The notes under the pieces: model-generated
The model's database searches: none
Told to the model about the DNA's origin: nothing
What the model saw: only the letters and a program-made list of their open reading frames with translations
In this document: positions 1-17,155 of the stretch, piece by piece
Position numbering within the stretch: the stretch's first letter is position 1
How the letters are laid out: each line of letters opens with the position of its first letter
From: Eledone cirrhosa
Lineage: Eukaryota
Assembly (NCBI GenBank): GCA_964016885.1
Contig: OZ024741.1
Coordinates: 31,372,001-31,436,000 of the forward strand
Direction: 5' to 3'
Length of the DNA stretch: 64,000 nucleotides
Made by a program: the position numbers and the translations under genes

Positions 1-3000
1 TAAGACACATATATACTGTAAGACACATATACTGTAAGACATATATATACTGTAAGACACATATATACTGTAAGACATATATACTGTAAGACACATAGAT
101 ACTGTAAGACACATATATATACTCTAAGACACATATATACTGTAAGACACATATATACTGTAAGACACATATATACTGTAAGACACATATATATACTGTA
201 AGACACATATATACTGTAAGACACATATATACTGTAAGACACATATATACTGTAAGACACATAGATACTGTAAGACACATATATACTGTAAGACACATAG
301 ATACTGTAAGACACATATATACTGTAAGACACATATATATACTGTAAGACACATATATACTGTAAGACACATATATACTGTAAGACACATATATACTCTA
401 AGACACATAGATACTGTAAGACACATAGATACTGTAAGACACATATATACCGTAAGACACATATATATACTGTAAGACACATATATACTGTAAGACACAT
501 ATATACTGTAAGACACATAGATACTGTAAGACACATATATATACTGTAAGACACATATATACTGTAAGACACATATATACTGTAAGACACATATATACTG
601 TAAGACACATAGATACTGTAAGACACATATATATACTGTAAGACACATATATACTGTAAGACACATATATACTGCAAGACACATATATATACTGTAAGAC
701 ACATATATATATACTGTAAGACACATATATACCGTAAGACACATATATATACTGTAAGACACATATATACTGTAAGACACATAGATACTGTAAGACACAT
801 AGATACTGTAAGACACATATATACTGTAAGACACATAGATACTGTAAGACACATATATACTGTAAGACACATCTATACTGTGAGACATATATACTGTAAG
901 ACATATATATACTGTAAGACACATATATACTGTAAGACACATATATACTGTAAGACACATATACTGTAAGACATATATATACTGTAAGACACATATATAC
1001 TGTAAGACATATATACTGTAAGACACATAGATACTGTAAGACACATATATACTGTAAGACACATATATACTGTAAGACACATAGATACTGTAAGACACAT
1101 AGATACTGTAAGACACATCTATACTGTAAGACACATATATACTGTAAGACACATATATACTGTAAGACACATATATACTGTAAGACACATAGATACTGTA
1201 AGACACGTATATACTGTAAGACACATATATACTGTAAGACACATATATACTGTAAGACACATATATATTGTAAGACACATATATACTGTAAGACACATAT
1301 ACTGTAAGACACATATATACTGTAAGACACATATATACTGTAAGACACATATATACTGTAAGACACATATATACTGTAAGACACATATATACTGTAAGAC
1401 ATATATATACTGGAAGACACATATATACTGTAAGACATATGTATACTGGAAGACACATATATACTGTAAGACACATATATATACTGTAAGACACATATAT
1501 ACTGTAAGACACATATATACTGTAAGACACATATATACTGTAAGACACACATATACTGTAAGACACATATATACTGTAAGACATATATATACTGGAAGAC
1601 ACATATATACTGTAAGACACATATATATACTGTAAGACACATAGATACTGTAAGACACATATATATACTGTAAGACACATATATACTGTAAGACACATAT
1701 ATACTGTAAGACACATATATACTGTAAGACACATATATACTGTAAGACACATAGATACTGTAAGACACATATATATACTGTAAGACACATATATACTGTA
1801 AGACATATATACTGTAAGACACATAGATACTGTAAGACACATATATATACTCTAAGACACATGTATACTGTAAGACACATATATACTGTAAGACACATAT
1901 ATACTGTAAGACACATATATATACTGTAAGACACATATATACTGTAAGACACATATATACTGTAAGACACATATATACTGTAAGACACATAGATACTGTA
2001 AGACACATATATACTGTAAGACACATAGATACTGTAAGACACATATATACTGTAAGACACATATATATACTGTAAGACACATATATACTGTAAGACACAT
2101 ATATACTGTAAGACACATATATACTGTAAGACACATATATACTCTAAGACACATAGATACTGTAAGACACATAGATACTGTAAGACACATATATACCGTA
2201 AGACACATATATATACTGTAAGACACATATATACTGTAAGACACATATATACTGTAAGACACATATATACTGTAAGACACATATATACTGTAAGACACAT
2301 AGATACTGTAAGACACATATATATACTGTAAGACACATATATACTGTAAGACACATATATACTGTAAGACACATATATACTGTAAGACACATAGATACTG
2401 TAAGACACATATATATACTGTAAGACACATATATACTGTAAGACACATATATACTGCAAGACACATATATATACTGTAAGACACATATATATATACTGTA
2501 AGACACATATATACCGTAAGACACATATATATACTGTAAGACACATATATACTGTAAGACACATAGATACTGTAAGACACATAGATACTGTAAGACACAT
2601 ATATACTGTAAGACACATAGATACTGTAAGACACATATATACTGTAAGACACACCTATACTGTGAGACATATATACTGTAAGACATATATATACTGTAAG
2701 ACACATATATACTGTAAGACACATATATACTGTAAGACACATATACTGTAAGACATATATATACTGTAAGACACATATATACTGTAAGACATATATACTG
2801 TAAGACACATAGATACTGTAAGACACATATATACTGTAAGACACATATATACTGTAAGACACATAGATACTGTAAGACACATAGATACTGTAAGACACAT
2901 ATATACTGTAAGACACATATATACTGTAAGACACATATATACTGTAAGACACATATATACTGTAAGACACATAGATACTGTAAGACACGTATATACTGTA

Positions 3001-6000
3001 AGACACATATATACTGTAAGACACATATATACTGTAAGACACATATATATTGTAAGACACATATATACTGTAAGACACATATACTGTAAGACACATATAT
3101 ACTGTAAGACACATATATACTGTAAGACACATATATACTGTAAGACACATATATACTGTAAGACACATATATACTGTAAGACATATATATACTGGAAGAC
3201 ACATATATACTGTAAGACATATGTATACTGGAAGACACATATATACTGTAAGACACATATATATACTGTAAGACACATATATACTGTAAGACACATATAT
3301 ACTGTAAGACACATATATACTGTAAGACACACATATACTGTAAGACACATATATACTGTAAGACATATATATACTGGAAGACACATATATACTGTAAGAC
3401 ACATATATATACTGTAAGACACATAGATACTGTAAGACACATATATATACTGTAAGACACATATATACTGTAAGACACATATATACTGTAAGACACATAT
3501 ATACTGTAAGACACATATATACTGTAAGACACATAGATACTGTAAGACACATATATATACTGTAAGACACATATATACTGTAAGACACATATATACTGTA
3601 AGACACATATATATACTGTAAGGCACATATATATACTGTAAGACACATATATACCGTAAGACACATATATATACTGTAAGACACATAGATACTGTAAGAC
3701 ACATATATATACTGTAAGACACATATATACTGTAAGACATATATATATTGTAAGACACATATATATATACTGTAAGACACATATATGCTGTAAGACACAT
3801 ATATACTGTAAGACACATATATACTGTAAGACACATATATACTGTAAGACACATAGATACTGTAAGACACATATATACTGTAAGACACATAGATACTGTA
3901 AGACACATAGATACTGTAAGACACATATATACTGTAAGACACATAGATACTGTAAGACACATCTATACTGTAAGACATATATACTGTAAGACATATATAT
4001 ACTGTAAGACACATATATACTGTAAGACACATATATACTGTAAGACACATATACTGTAAGACATATATATACTGTAAGACACATATATACTGTAAGACAT
4101 ATATACTGTAAGACACATAGATACTGTAAGACACATATATACTGTAAGACACATATATACTGTAAGACACATAGATACTGTAAGACACATATATACTGTA
4201 AGACACATATATACTGTAAGACACATATATACTGTAAGACACATATATACTGTAAGACACATAGATACTGTAAGACACATTTATACTGTAAGACACAACT
4301 ATACTGTAAGACACATATATACTGTAAGACACATATATACTGTAAGACACATATATGCTGTAAGACACATATATACTGTAAGACACATATATACTGTAAG
4401 GCACATAGATACTGTAAGACACATAGATACTGTAAGACACATATATACTGTAAGACACATAGATACTGTAAGACACATAGATACTGTAAGACACATATAT
4501 ACTGTAAGACACATAGATACTGTAAGACACATATATACTGTAAGACACATCTATACTGTGAGACATATATACTGTAAGACATATATATACTGTAAGACAC
4601 ATATATACTGTAAGACACATATATACTGTAAGACACATATACTGTAAGACATATATATACTGTAAGATACATATATACTGTAAGACATATATACTGTAAG
4701 ACACATAGATACTGTAAGACACATATATACTGTAAGACACATATATACTGTAAGACACATAGATACTGTAAGACACATAGATACTGTAAGACACATATAT
4801 ACTGTAAGACACATATATACTGTAAGACACATATATACTGTAAGACACATATATACTGTAAGACACATAGATACTGTAAGACACGTATATACTGTAAGAC
4901 ACATATATACTGTAAGACACATATATACTGTAATACACATATATATTGTAAGACACATATATACTGTAAGACACATATACTGTAAGACACATATATACTG
5001 TAAGACACATATATACTGTAAGACACATATATACTGTAAGACACACATATACTGTAAGACACATATATACTGTAAGACATATATATACTGGAAGACACAT
5101 ATATACTGTAAGACACATATATACTGTAAGACATATATATACTGGAAGACACATATATACTGTAAGACATATGTATACTGGAAGACACATATATACTGTA
5201 AGACACATATATATACTGTAAGACACATATATACTGTAAGACACATATATACTGTAAGACACATATATACTGTAAGACACATATATACTGTAAGACACAC
5301 ATATACTGTAAGACACATATATACTGTAAGACATATATATACTGGAAGACACATATATACTGTAAGACACATATATATACTGTAAGACACATAGATACTG
5401 TAAGACACATATATATACTGTAAGACACATATATACTGTAAGACACATATATACTGTAAGACACATATATACTGTAAGACACATATATACTGTAAGACAC
5501 ATAGATACTGTAAGACACATATATATACTGTAAGACACATATATACTGTAAGACACATATATACTGTAAGACACATATATATACTGTAAGACACATATAT
5601 ATACTGTAAGACACATATATACCGTAAGACACATATATATAGTGTAAGACACATAGATACTGTAAGACACATATATATACTGTAAGACACATATATACTG
5701 TAAGACATATATATACTGTAAGACACATATATATACTGTAAGACACATATATACTGTAAGACACATATATACTGTAAGACACATATATACTGTAAGACAC
5801 ATATATACTGTAAGACACATAGATACTGTAAGACACATATATACTGTAAGACACATAGATACTGTAAGACACATATATACTGTAAGACACATAGATACTG
5901 TAAGACACATATATACTGTAAGACACATCTATACTGTAAGACATATATACTGTAAGACATATATATACTGTAAGACACATATATACTGTAAGACACATAT

Positions 6001-9000
6001 ATACTGTAAGACACATATACTGTAAGACATATATATACTGTAAGACACATATATACTGTAAGACATATATACTGTAAGACACATAGATACTGTAAGACAC
6101 ATATATACTGTAAGACACATATATACTGTAAGACACATAGATACTGTAAGACACATAGATACTGTAAGACACATATATACTGTAAGACACATATATACTG
6201 TAAGACACATATATACTGTAAGACACATAGATACTGTAAGACACGTATATACTGTAAGACACATATATACTGTAAGACACATATATACTGTAAGACACAT
6301 ATATATTGTAAGACACATATATACTGTAAGACACATATACTGTAAGACACATATATACTGTAAGACACATATATACTGTAAGACACATATATACTGTAAG
6401 ACACATATATACTGTAAGACATATATATACTGGAAGACACATATATACTGTAAGACATATATATACTGGAAGACACATATATACTGTAAGACGCATATAT
6501 ATACTGTAAGACACATATATACTGTAAGACACATATATACTGTAAGACACATATACACTGTAAGACACACATATACTGTAAGACACATATTTACTGTAAG
6601 ACATATATATACTGTAAGACACATATATACTGTAAGACACATATATACTGTAAGACACATATATACTGTAAGACTCATATATACTGTAAGACACATAGAT
6701 ACTGTAAGACACATATATATACTGTAAGACACATATATACTGTAAGACACATATATACTGCAAGACACATATATATACTGTAAGACACATATATATATAC
6801 TGTAAGACACATATATACCGTAAGACACATATATATACTGTAAGACACATAGATACTGTAAGACACATATATATACTGTAAGACACATATATACTGTAAG
6901 ACACATATATACTGTAAGACACATATATACTGTAAGACACATAGATACTGTAAGACACATATATACTGTAAGACACATAGATACTGTAAGACACATATAT
7001 ACTGTAAGACACATATATATACTGTAAGACACATATATACTGTAAGACACATATATACTGTAAGACACATATATACTGTAAGACACATATATACTGTAAG
7101 ACACATATATACTCTAAGACACATAGATACTGTAAGACACATAGATACTGTAAGACACATATATACCGTAAGACACATATATATACTGTAAGACACATAT
7201 ATACTGTAAGACACATATATACTGTAAGACACATATATACTGTAAGACACATATATACTGTAAGACACATAGATACTGTAAGACACATATATATACTGTA
7301 AGACACATAGATACTGTAAGACACCTATATACTGTAAGACACATATATATACTGTAAGACACATATATACTGTAAGACACATATATACTGTAAGACACGT
7401 ATATATACTGTAAGACACATATATACTGTAAGACACATATATACTGTAAGACACGTATATATACTGTAAGACACATATATATTGTAAGACACATATATAC
7501 TGTAAGACACATATATACTGTAAGACACATATATACTGTAAGACACATAGATACTGTAAGACACATATATATACTGTAAGACACATATATAATGTATGAC
7601 ACATATATACTGTAAGACACATATATATACTGTAAGACACATAGATACCCGTAAGACACATATATACTGTAAGACATATATATACAGTAAGACACATATA
7701 TACTGTAAGACACATAGATACTGTAAGACACATATATACAGTAAGACACATATATACTGTAAGACACATATATACTGTAAGACACATATATTTACTGTAA
7801 GACACATAGATACTGTAAGACACATATATACTGTAAGACACATAGATACTGTAAGACACATATATACTCTAAGACACATATATACTGTAAGACACATAGA
7901 TACTGTAAGACACATATATACTGTAAGACACATATATACTGTAAGACACATATATACTGTAAGACACATATATAATGTATGACACATATATACTGTAAGA
8001 CACATATATATACTGTAAGACACACATATACTGTAAGGCACATATATATACTGTAAGACACATATATACTGGAAGACACATATATACTGTAAGACACATA
8101 TATACTGTAAGACACATATATACTGTAAGACACATATATACTGTAAACACATATATACTGTAAGACACATAGATACTGTAAGACACATATATATACTGTA
8201 AGACACATATATACTGTAAGACACATATATACTGTAAGACATATATATACTGGAAGACACATATATACTGTAAGACACATAGATACTGTAAGACACATAT
8301 ATATACTGTAAGACACATATATACTGTAAGACACATATATACTGTAAGACACATATATACTGTAAGACACATATATACTGTAAGACACATATATACTGTA
8401 AGACACATATATACTGTAAAACATATATATACTCTAAGACACATATATACTGTAAGACACATATATACTGTAAGACACATATATACTATAAGACACATAT
8501 ATACTGTAAGACATATATATACTGGAAGACACATATATACTGTAAGACACATATATATACTGTAAGACACGTATATACTGTAAGACACATATATATACTG
8601 TAAGACACATATATACTGTAACACACATATATACTGCAAGACACGTATATATACTGTAAGACACATATATACTGTAAGACACATATATACTGTAAGACAC
8701 ATATATATACTGTAAGACACATATATACTGTAAGACACATATATACTGTAAGGCACATATATACTGTAAGACACATAGATACTGTAAGACACATAGATAC
8801 TGTAAGACACATATATACTGTAAGACACATATATACTGTAAGACACATATATACTGTAAGACACATAGATACTGTAAGACACATATATACTGTAAGACAC
8901 ATAGATACTGTAAGACACATAGATACTGTAAGACACATATATACTGTAAGACACATATATACTGTAAGACACACAGATACTGTAAGACACATATATATAC

Positions 9001-12000
9001 TGTAAGACACATAGATACTGTAAGACACCTATATACTGTAAGACACATATATATACTGTAAGACACATATATACTGTAAGACACATATATATACTGTAAG
9101 ACACATAGATACCCGTAAGACACATATATACTGTAAGACACATATATATACTGGAAGACACATAGATACCCGTAAGACACATATATACTGTAAGACATAT
9201 ATATATACTGTAAGACACATAGATACTGTAAGACACATATATACTGTAAGACACATATATACTGTAAGACACATATATACTGTAAGACACATATATTTAC
9301 TGTAAGACACATAGATACTGTAAGACACATATATACTGTAAGACACATAGATACTGTAACACACATATATACTGTAAGACACATATATACTGTAAGACAC
9401 ATAGATACTGTAAGACACATATATACTGTAAGACACATATATACTGTAAGACACATATATACTGTAAGACACATATATAATGTATGACACATATATACTG
9501 TAAGACACATATATATACTGTAAGACACATATATACTGTAAGACACATATATACTGTAAGACACACATATACTGTAAGGCACATATATATACTGTAAGAC
9601 ACATAGATACTGGAAGACACATATATACTGTAAGACACATATATACTGTAAGACACATATATACTGTAAGACACATATATACTGTAAGACACATATATAC
9701 TGTAAGACACATAGATACTGTAAGACACATATATATACTGTAAGACACATATATACTGTAAGACACATATATACTGTAAGACATATATATTCTGGAAGAC
9801 ACATATATACTGTAAGACACATAGATACTGTAAGACACATATATATACTGTAAGACACATATATACTGTAAGACACATATATACTGTAAGACACATATAT
9901 ACTGTAAGACACATATATACTGTAAGACACATATATACTGTAAGACATATATATACTCTAAGACACATATATACTGTAAGACACATATATACTGTAAGAC
10001 ACATATATACTATAAGACACATATATACTGTAAGACATATATATACTGGAAGACACATATATACTGTAAGACACATATATATACTGTAAGACACGTATAT
10101 ACTGTAAGACACATATATATACTGTAAGACACATATATATACTGTAAGACACATATATACTGTAAGACACATATATACTGTAAGACACATATATACTGTA
10201 AGACACATAGATACTGTAAGACACATAGATACTGTAAGACACATATATACTGTAAGACACATATATACTGTAAGACACATATATACTGTAAGACACATAG
10301 ATACTGTAAGACACATATATACTGTAAGACACATAGATACTGTAAGACACATAGATACTGTAAGACACATATATACTGTAAGACACATAGATACTGTAAG
10401 ACACATAGATACTGTAAGACACATATATACTGTAAGACACATATATACTGTAAGACACATATATACTGTAAGACACATATATACTGTAAGACACATATAT
10501 ACTGTAAGACACATAGATACTGTAAGACACATATATACTGTAAGACACAACTATACTCTAAGACACATATATAATGTAAGACACATATATACTGTAAGAC
10601 ACATATATGCTGTAAGACACATATATACTGTAAGACACATATATACTGTAAGACACCTAGATACTGTAAGACACATAGATACTGTAAGACACATATATAC
10701 TGTAAGACACATAGATACTGTAAGACACATAGATACTGTAAGACACATATATACTATAAGACACATAGATACTGTAAGACACATATATACTGTAAGACAC
10801 ATCTATACTGTGAGACATATATACTGTAAGACATATATATACTGTAAGACACATATATACTGTAAGACACATATATACTGTAAGACACATATACTGTAAG
10901 ACATATATATACTGTAAGACACATAGATACTGTAAGACACATAGATACTGTAAGACACATATATACTGTAAGACACATATATACTGTAAGACACATAGAT
11001 ACTGTAAGACACGTATATACTGTAAGACACATATATACTGTAAGACACATATATACTGTAAGACACATATATATTGTAAGACACATATATACTGTAAGAC
11101 ACATATACTGTAAGACACATATATACTGTAAGACACATATATACTGTAAGACACATATATACTGTAAGACACATATATACTGTAAGACACATATATACTG
11201 TAAGACATATATATACTGGAAGACACATATATACTGTAAGACATATGTATACTGGAAGACACATATATACTGTAAGACACATATATATATACTGTAAGAC
11301 ACATATATACTGTAAGACACATATATACTGTAAGACACATATATACTGTAAGACACACATATACTGTAAGACACATATATACTGTAAGACATATATATAC
11401 TGGAAGACACATATATACTGTAAGACACATATATATACTGTAAGACACATAGATACTGTAAGACACATATATATACTGTAAGACACATATATACTGTAAG
11501 ACACATATATACTGTAAGACACATATATACTGTAAGACACATATATACTGTAAGACACATAGATACTGTAAGACACATATATATACTGTAAGACACATAT
11601 ATACTGTAAGACACATATATACTGTAAGACACATATATATACTGTAAGACACATATATATACTGTAAGACACATATATACCGTAAGACACATATATATAC
11701 TGTAAGACACATAGATACTGTAAGACACATATATATACTGTAAGACACATATATACTGTAAGACACATATATACTGTAAGACACATATATATACTGTAAG
11801 ACACATATATAGTGTAAGACACATATATACTGTAAGACACATATATACTGTAAGACACATATATACTGTAAGACACATAGATACTGTAAGACACATATAT
11901 ACTGTAAGACACATAGATACTGTAAGACACATATATACTGTAAGACACATAGATACTGTAAGACACATATATACTGTAAGACACATCTATATTGTAAGAC

Positions 12001-14255
12001 ATATATACTGTAAGACATATATATACTGTAAGACACATATATACTGTAAGACACATATATACTGTAAGACACATATACTGTAAGACATATATATACTGTA
12101 AGACACATATATACTGTAAGACATATATACTGTAAGACACATAGATACTGTAAGACACATATATACTGTAAGACACATATATACTGTAAGACACATAGAT
12201 ACGGTAAGACACATAGATACTGTAAGACACATATATACTGTAAGACACATATATACTGTAAGACACATATATACTGTAAGACACATAGATACTGTAAGAC
12301 ACGTATATACTGTAAGACACATATATACTGTAAGACACATATATACTGTAAGACACATATATATTGTAAGACACATATATACTGTAAGACACATATACTG
12401 TAAGACACATATATACTGGAAGACACATATATACTGTAAGACACATAGATACTGTAAGACACATATATATACTGTAAGACACATATATACTGTAAGACAC
12501 ATATTTACTGTAAGACACATATATACTGTAAGACACATATATATTGTAAGACACATATATACTGTAAGACACATATATACTGTAAGACACATATATACTG
12601 TAAGACACATATATACTGTAAGACACATATATATATACTGTAAGACACATAGATACTGTAAGACACATATATACTGTAAGACACATATATACTGTAAGAC
12701 ACGTATATATACTGTAAGACGCATATATACTGTAAGACACATATATACTGTAAGACACATATATACTGTAAGACACATATATACTGTAAGACACGTATAT
12801 ATACTGTAAGACACATATATACTGTAACACACATATATACTGTAAGACACATATATACTGTAAGACACATATATATACTGTAAGACACATATATACTGTA
12901 AGACACATAGATACTGTAAGACACATATATACTGTAAGACACATATATATACTGTAAGACACATAGATATTGTAAGACACATATATACTGTAAGACACAT
13001 ATATACTGTAAGACACATATATATACTGTAAGACACATATATATACTGTAAGACACATATATACTGTAAGACACATATATACTGTAAGACACATATATAC
13101 TGTAAGACACATATATACTGTAAGACATATATATATATACTGTAAGACACATATATATACTGTAAGACACATAGATACTGTAAGACACAGATATACTGTA
13201 AGACACATAGATACTGTAAGACACATATATATACTGTAAGACACATATATATACTGTAAGACACATAGATACTGTAAGACACATATATACTGTAAGACAC
13301 ATATATACTGTAAGACACATATATACTGTAAGACACATATATACTGTAAGACACATATATTTACTGTAAGACACATAGATACTGTAAGACACATATATAC
13401 TGTAAGACACATAGATACTGTAAGACACATATATACTGTAAGACACATATATACTGTAAGACACATAGATACTGTAAGACACATATATACTGTAAGACAC
13501 ATATATACTGTGAGACACATATATACTGTAAGACACATATATAATGTAAGACACATATATACTGTAAGACACATATATATACTGTAAGACACATATATAC
13601 TGTAAGACACATATATACTGTAAGACACATATATACTGTAAGACACATATATATACTGTAAGACACATATATACTGTAAGACATATATATACTGTAAGAC
13701 ATATATATACTGTAAGACACATATATATTGTAAGACACATATATACTGTAAGACACATATATACTGTAAGACACATATATACTGTAAGACACATATATAC
13801 TGTAAGACACATAGATACTGTAAGACACATAGATACTGTAAGACACATATATACTGTAAGACACATAGATACTGTAAGACACATAGATACTGTAAGACAC
13901 ATAGATACTGTAAGACACATATATACTGTAAGACACATAGATACTGTAAGACATATATATACTGTAAGACACATATATACTGTAAGACACATATATACTG
14001 TAAGACTCATAGATACTGTAAGACACATATATATACTGTAAGACACATATATACTGTAAGACACATATATACTGTAAGACACATAGATACTGTAAGACAC
14101 ATATATACTGTAAGACACATATATACTGTAAGACACATCTATACTGTAAGACACATATATACTGTAAGACACATAGATACTGTAAGACACATATATACTG
14201 TAAGACACATATATACTGTAAGACACATATATACTGTAAGACACATAGATACTGT
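1..14255. repeat. 18-bp tandem satellite (ACTGTAAGACACATATAT) with 16/20/22-bp length variants and higher-order structure; runs off the left edge
   Basis: Unit repeated continuously to ~14255. Variants differ by AT/AC copy number and recurrent point changes (TAGAT, CTGGAAG, CTGTGAG, CCGTAAG). Confidence 0.99.
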
Positions 14256-14311
14256 AATAATATTGTAACAGGTAAAAATGTCAGGTTGAATTGTTTGGAG
14301 GGAAATTGTTG

Positions 14312-14336
14312 TCAACAACAACAACAGCATCAGCAG

Positions 14337-14377
<41 letters not shown>

Positions 14378-14696
14378 ACAGCATCATCATCATCAGCAGC
14401 AGCTACAACAACAGCAGCAACAACAACAGCATCATCATTATCATCAGCAGCAGCAGCTACAACAACAGCAGCAACAGCAGCAGCGGCAACAGCAGCAGAA
14501 ACAAGACCAACAGAGTGAACAACAACGTCAACAACAACAACAACAACATCTACAACAGCATCAGCAACAACAACAACAGCGTTAAAACAACAACAACAAC
14601 AACAGCGTCAACAACAAGAGCATCAACAGCAACAACAACAGCGTTAACAACAACAACAGCGTCAACAACAACAGCTTTAACAACAACAACATCGTC

Positions 14697-14728
<32 letters not shown>

Positions 14729-14786
14729 CGGCGTCAACAACACCAACAACGGCGTCAACAACAACAGCTGCCTTATCAACAACAAC

Positions 14787-14820
<34 letters not shown>

Positions 14821-15005
14821 ACAACAGCGTTAAAACAACAGCATCAGCAACAACAACAAACACAACAGTCAATAACAAGAGCGTCAACAAGAGTGTCAAG
14901 AACAACGTTAACAACAACAACAAAAACAATGGCATCAATAACAAAAACAACAACAACAATGTCAACAACAACAGTGACAGGAACAATAACAACAACAGCA
15001 ACACC
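14312..15005. repeat. Compound (CAA/CAG/CAT)n microsatellite
   Basis: Directly visible; produces the poly-Q/T/N pseudo-ORFs. Confidence 0.97.
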
Positions 15006-15034
15006 ACATGAATTGATATATATATATATATAGA

Positions 15035-15422
15035 TGAACATATTTATGCAATCTTCTCTAGTGCATGACGTCATCACACCTTCCTTCCTCAGTCAGCTCT
15101 AGTGCGTGACGTCATCACCCTTCCTTCCTCAGTCAACTCTAGTGCGTGGCGTCATCAGCCCTTCCTTTCCCAGTCATCTCTAGTGCATGACGTCATCACA
15201 CCTTCCTTCCTCAGTCATCTCTAGTGCATGACGCCATCACACCTTCCTTCCTCAGTCATCTCTAGTGCGTGACGTTATCACACCTTCCTTCCTCAGTCAT
15301 CTCTAGTGCATGATGTCATCACACCTTCCTTCCTCAGTCATCTCTAGTGCGTGACGTTATCACACCTTGCTTCCTCAGTCATACGGAAGAACGGACGGAA
15401 GTCAGTAAATTTTATATATAGA
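15035..15422 (-). mobile_element. Possible non-autonomous Helitron 5' end carrying the 41-bp minisatellite
   Basis: Minus strand reads A|TCTATATATAAAATTTACTGACTTCCGTCCGT then tandem repeats, like Helitron 5'-TC termini. No matching 3' end found. Confidence 0.35.
15056..15382. repeat. ~41-bp minisatellite, about 8 copies (CTCTAGTGCRTGACGTCATCACACCTTCCTTCCTCAGTCAT)
   Basis: Tandem copies visible; several carry TGACGTCA. Confidence 0.95.
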
Positions 15423-15515
15423 TGTTGACAACCGTCTCTGTGTCAGCGTTGTACCAACCCTTGTATCACTATATGAACGGGTTCAGTGTAAGAAGATAGA
15501 TGGGTGATTAGAGAT

Positions 15516-15708
15516 AATTGTTTCTACTTTTGGCACAAGGCCAGCAATTACCCCAGTACATTACTGGTACTTTATTTTATCGACACCGTAAGGATGAAAG
15601 GCAAAGTTAACCATGGAGGAATTTGAAATCAGACCGTAAACGGACGTAACTCTATGCTGGAAAGCATGGCGTCCGACTCTCTACTGATATTGCAGATTCA
15701 CCGCCCTT
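15516..15708 (-). mobile_element. tRNA-derived SINE with Nin-like central domain (diverged copy)
   Basis: Aligns with the other copies, whose consensus has an A-box-like TGGCAGTATCGG, B-box GTTCAAATCC and GCCTTTCATCCTTACGGGGTCGATAAAATAAAGTACCAGT. Confidence 0.85.
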
Positions 15709-16056
15709 GGGCGATAACAGATGAGTTGTCCCAATGATATTACAAATGGTGGGTGTAGAATGAGATATTTATATAGTTTTCAGGAGGAGTTTTACTTCGG
15801 CCTATATGGTTGGGAAGTGCCACCTAGGGGCACTACAAGCTCATGGCTCGAGCTTATGAGAGAGATATAACGCAGTTGTTCAGTCTGCCTGACGTAACAG
15901 TCATATCTCACAGACATCACATCCTGTTTTAAGACAAATTTACTTTGCACACACACGCATACACACACACACACACACGTACACACACTCACAAACACAA
16001 GCATGCACACACACACATGCGCACGTACACTCACACACACTCACAAACACAAGCAT

Positions 16057-16094
<38 letters not shown>

Positions 16095-16281
16095 GAAAGT
16101 ATAATCACGTATGGAACGCTTTGATCATAGTCCTCTTTGATCATAGCTGACCTGGGACTAAACAACAACAACATCAATAACAACAGCAGTAACAATCACA
16201 ACACCATTAGCAGCATCAACAAGAACAACTAGTTCACGGTGGCACTAACAGCAGGGCGTCAGAAATGGTAGATCAGAGTAA

Positions 16282-16530
16282 AACTGTTTCACCATTCTAC
16301 TGCCTGTTGTTTAGTTCAAATCAGCCCACACTTATGCTCAAAATGTATTCCTACAAAACCACTCCTATTTATTTACAGAAAGAATGCAACCTGCACATTT
16401 TTTAAAAGACTGTTTCACCATTCTACTGCCTCTTGTTTAGCTCAAATCAGCCCACACTTATGCTTAAAATCATTCCTACCATAACCACCTCTATTTACTT
16501 TCATGAAGAGTGTACCCAGTACATTCTGTA
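16282..16530. repeat. Diverged ~125-bp tandem duplication
   Basis: CTGTTTCACCATTCTACTGCCT...CAAATCAGCCCACACTTATGCT occurs at ~16284 and ~16410. Confidence 0.85.
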
Positions 16531-16805
16531 TAGACCGTCGTCTATGGTTTGTGTTTAGGTGGGATCGGTATTACTCTAAGTTTGGGTCACTATTTTGAAG
16601 TTCTTTTGAGTATATATCTTACGGAAAGGAATCAAATGATGAGTGAGTATTACCTAGATCAGACGTTCTCAAACTTTTGGGGCCACCCCACCCCCTCACA
16701 GCCACGTAATACCCTCAGCCCCCCCCCATTTCCAGAGAGACCTGCCTACATGCAATTTGTAAATAATATATAATAAATAAAATCGTTAATTTATATATGA
16801 TGAAT

Positions 16806-16990
16806 AATTGTTTCTACATTTGGCACAATCCCAGCAATTACCCCATTGTATTACTGGTACTTTATTTTATCGACCCCGTAAGGATGAAGGGCAAAGTTAA
16901 CCTCGGCGGGATTTGAATTCAGATCATAAAGGCCCGTAACTCTATGCTGCAAAGCATGGCGCCTGACCCTCTACCGATACTGCCAATCCA
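16806..16990 (-). mobile_element. tRNA/Nin-like SINE, left arm of a head-to-head pair
   Basis: Aligns with the other SINE copies. Confidence 0.9.
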
Positions 16991-17155
16991 GCGTCGGACA
17001 CCATGCTTTGCAGCACAAAGTTATGCCTTTTATGATCTGAGTTCAAACCCCGCCGAGGTTAACTTTGCCTTTCATCCTTAAGGGGTCGAGAAAATAAAGC
17101 ACCAGTAATACACTGGGATACCTGCTGGCCTTGTACCCAAAGTAGAGACAATTAT
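16991..17155 (+). mobile_element. tRNA/Nin-like SINE, 5'-truncated, right arm of a head-to-head pair
   Basis: Reverse-complement homologue of the adjacent copy. Confidence 0.9.

Noticed and set aside
124-14244. Very long minus-strand ORFs, up to 1726 aa
   Set aside because: Translations of a satellite whose minus strand lacks stops; all three frames give the same peptides.
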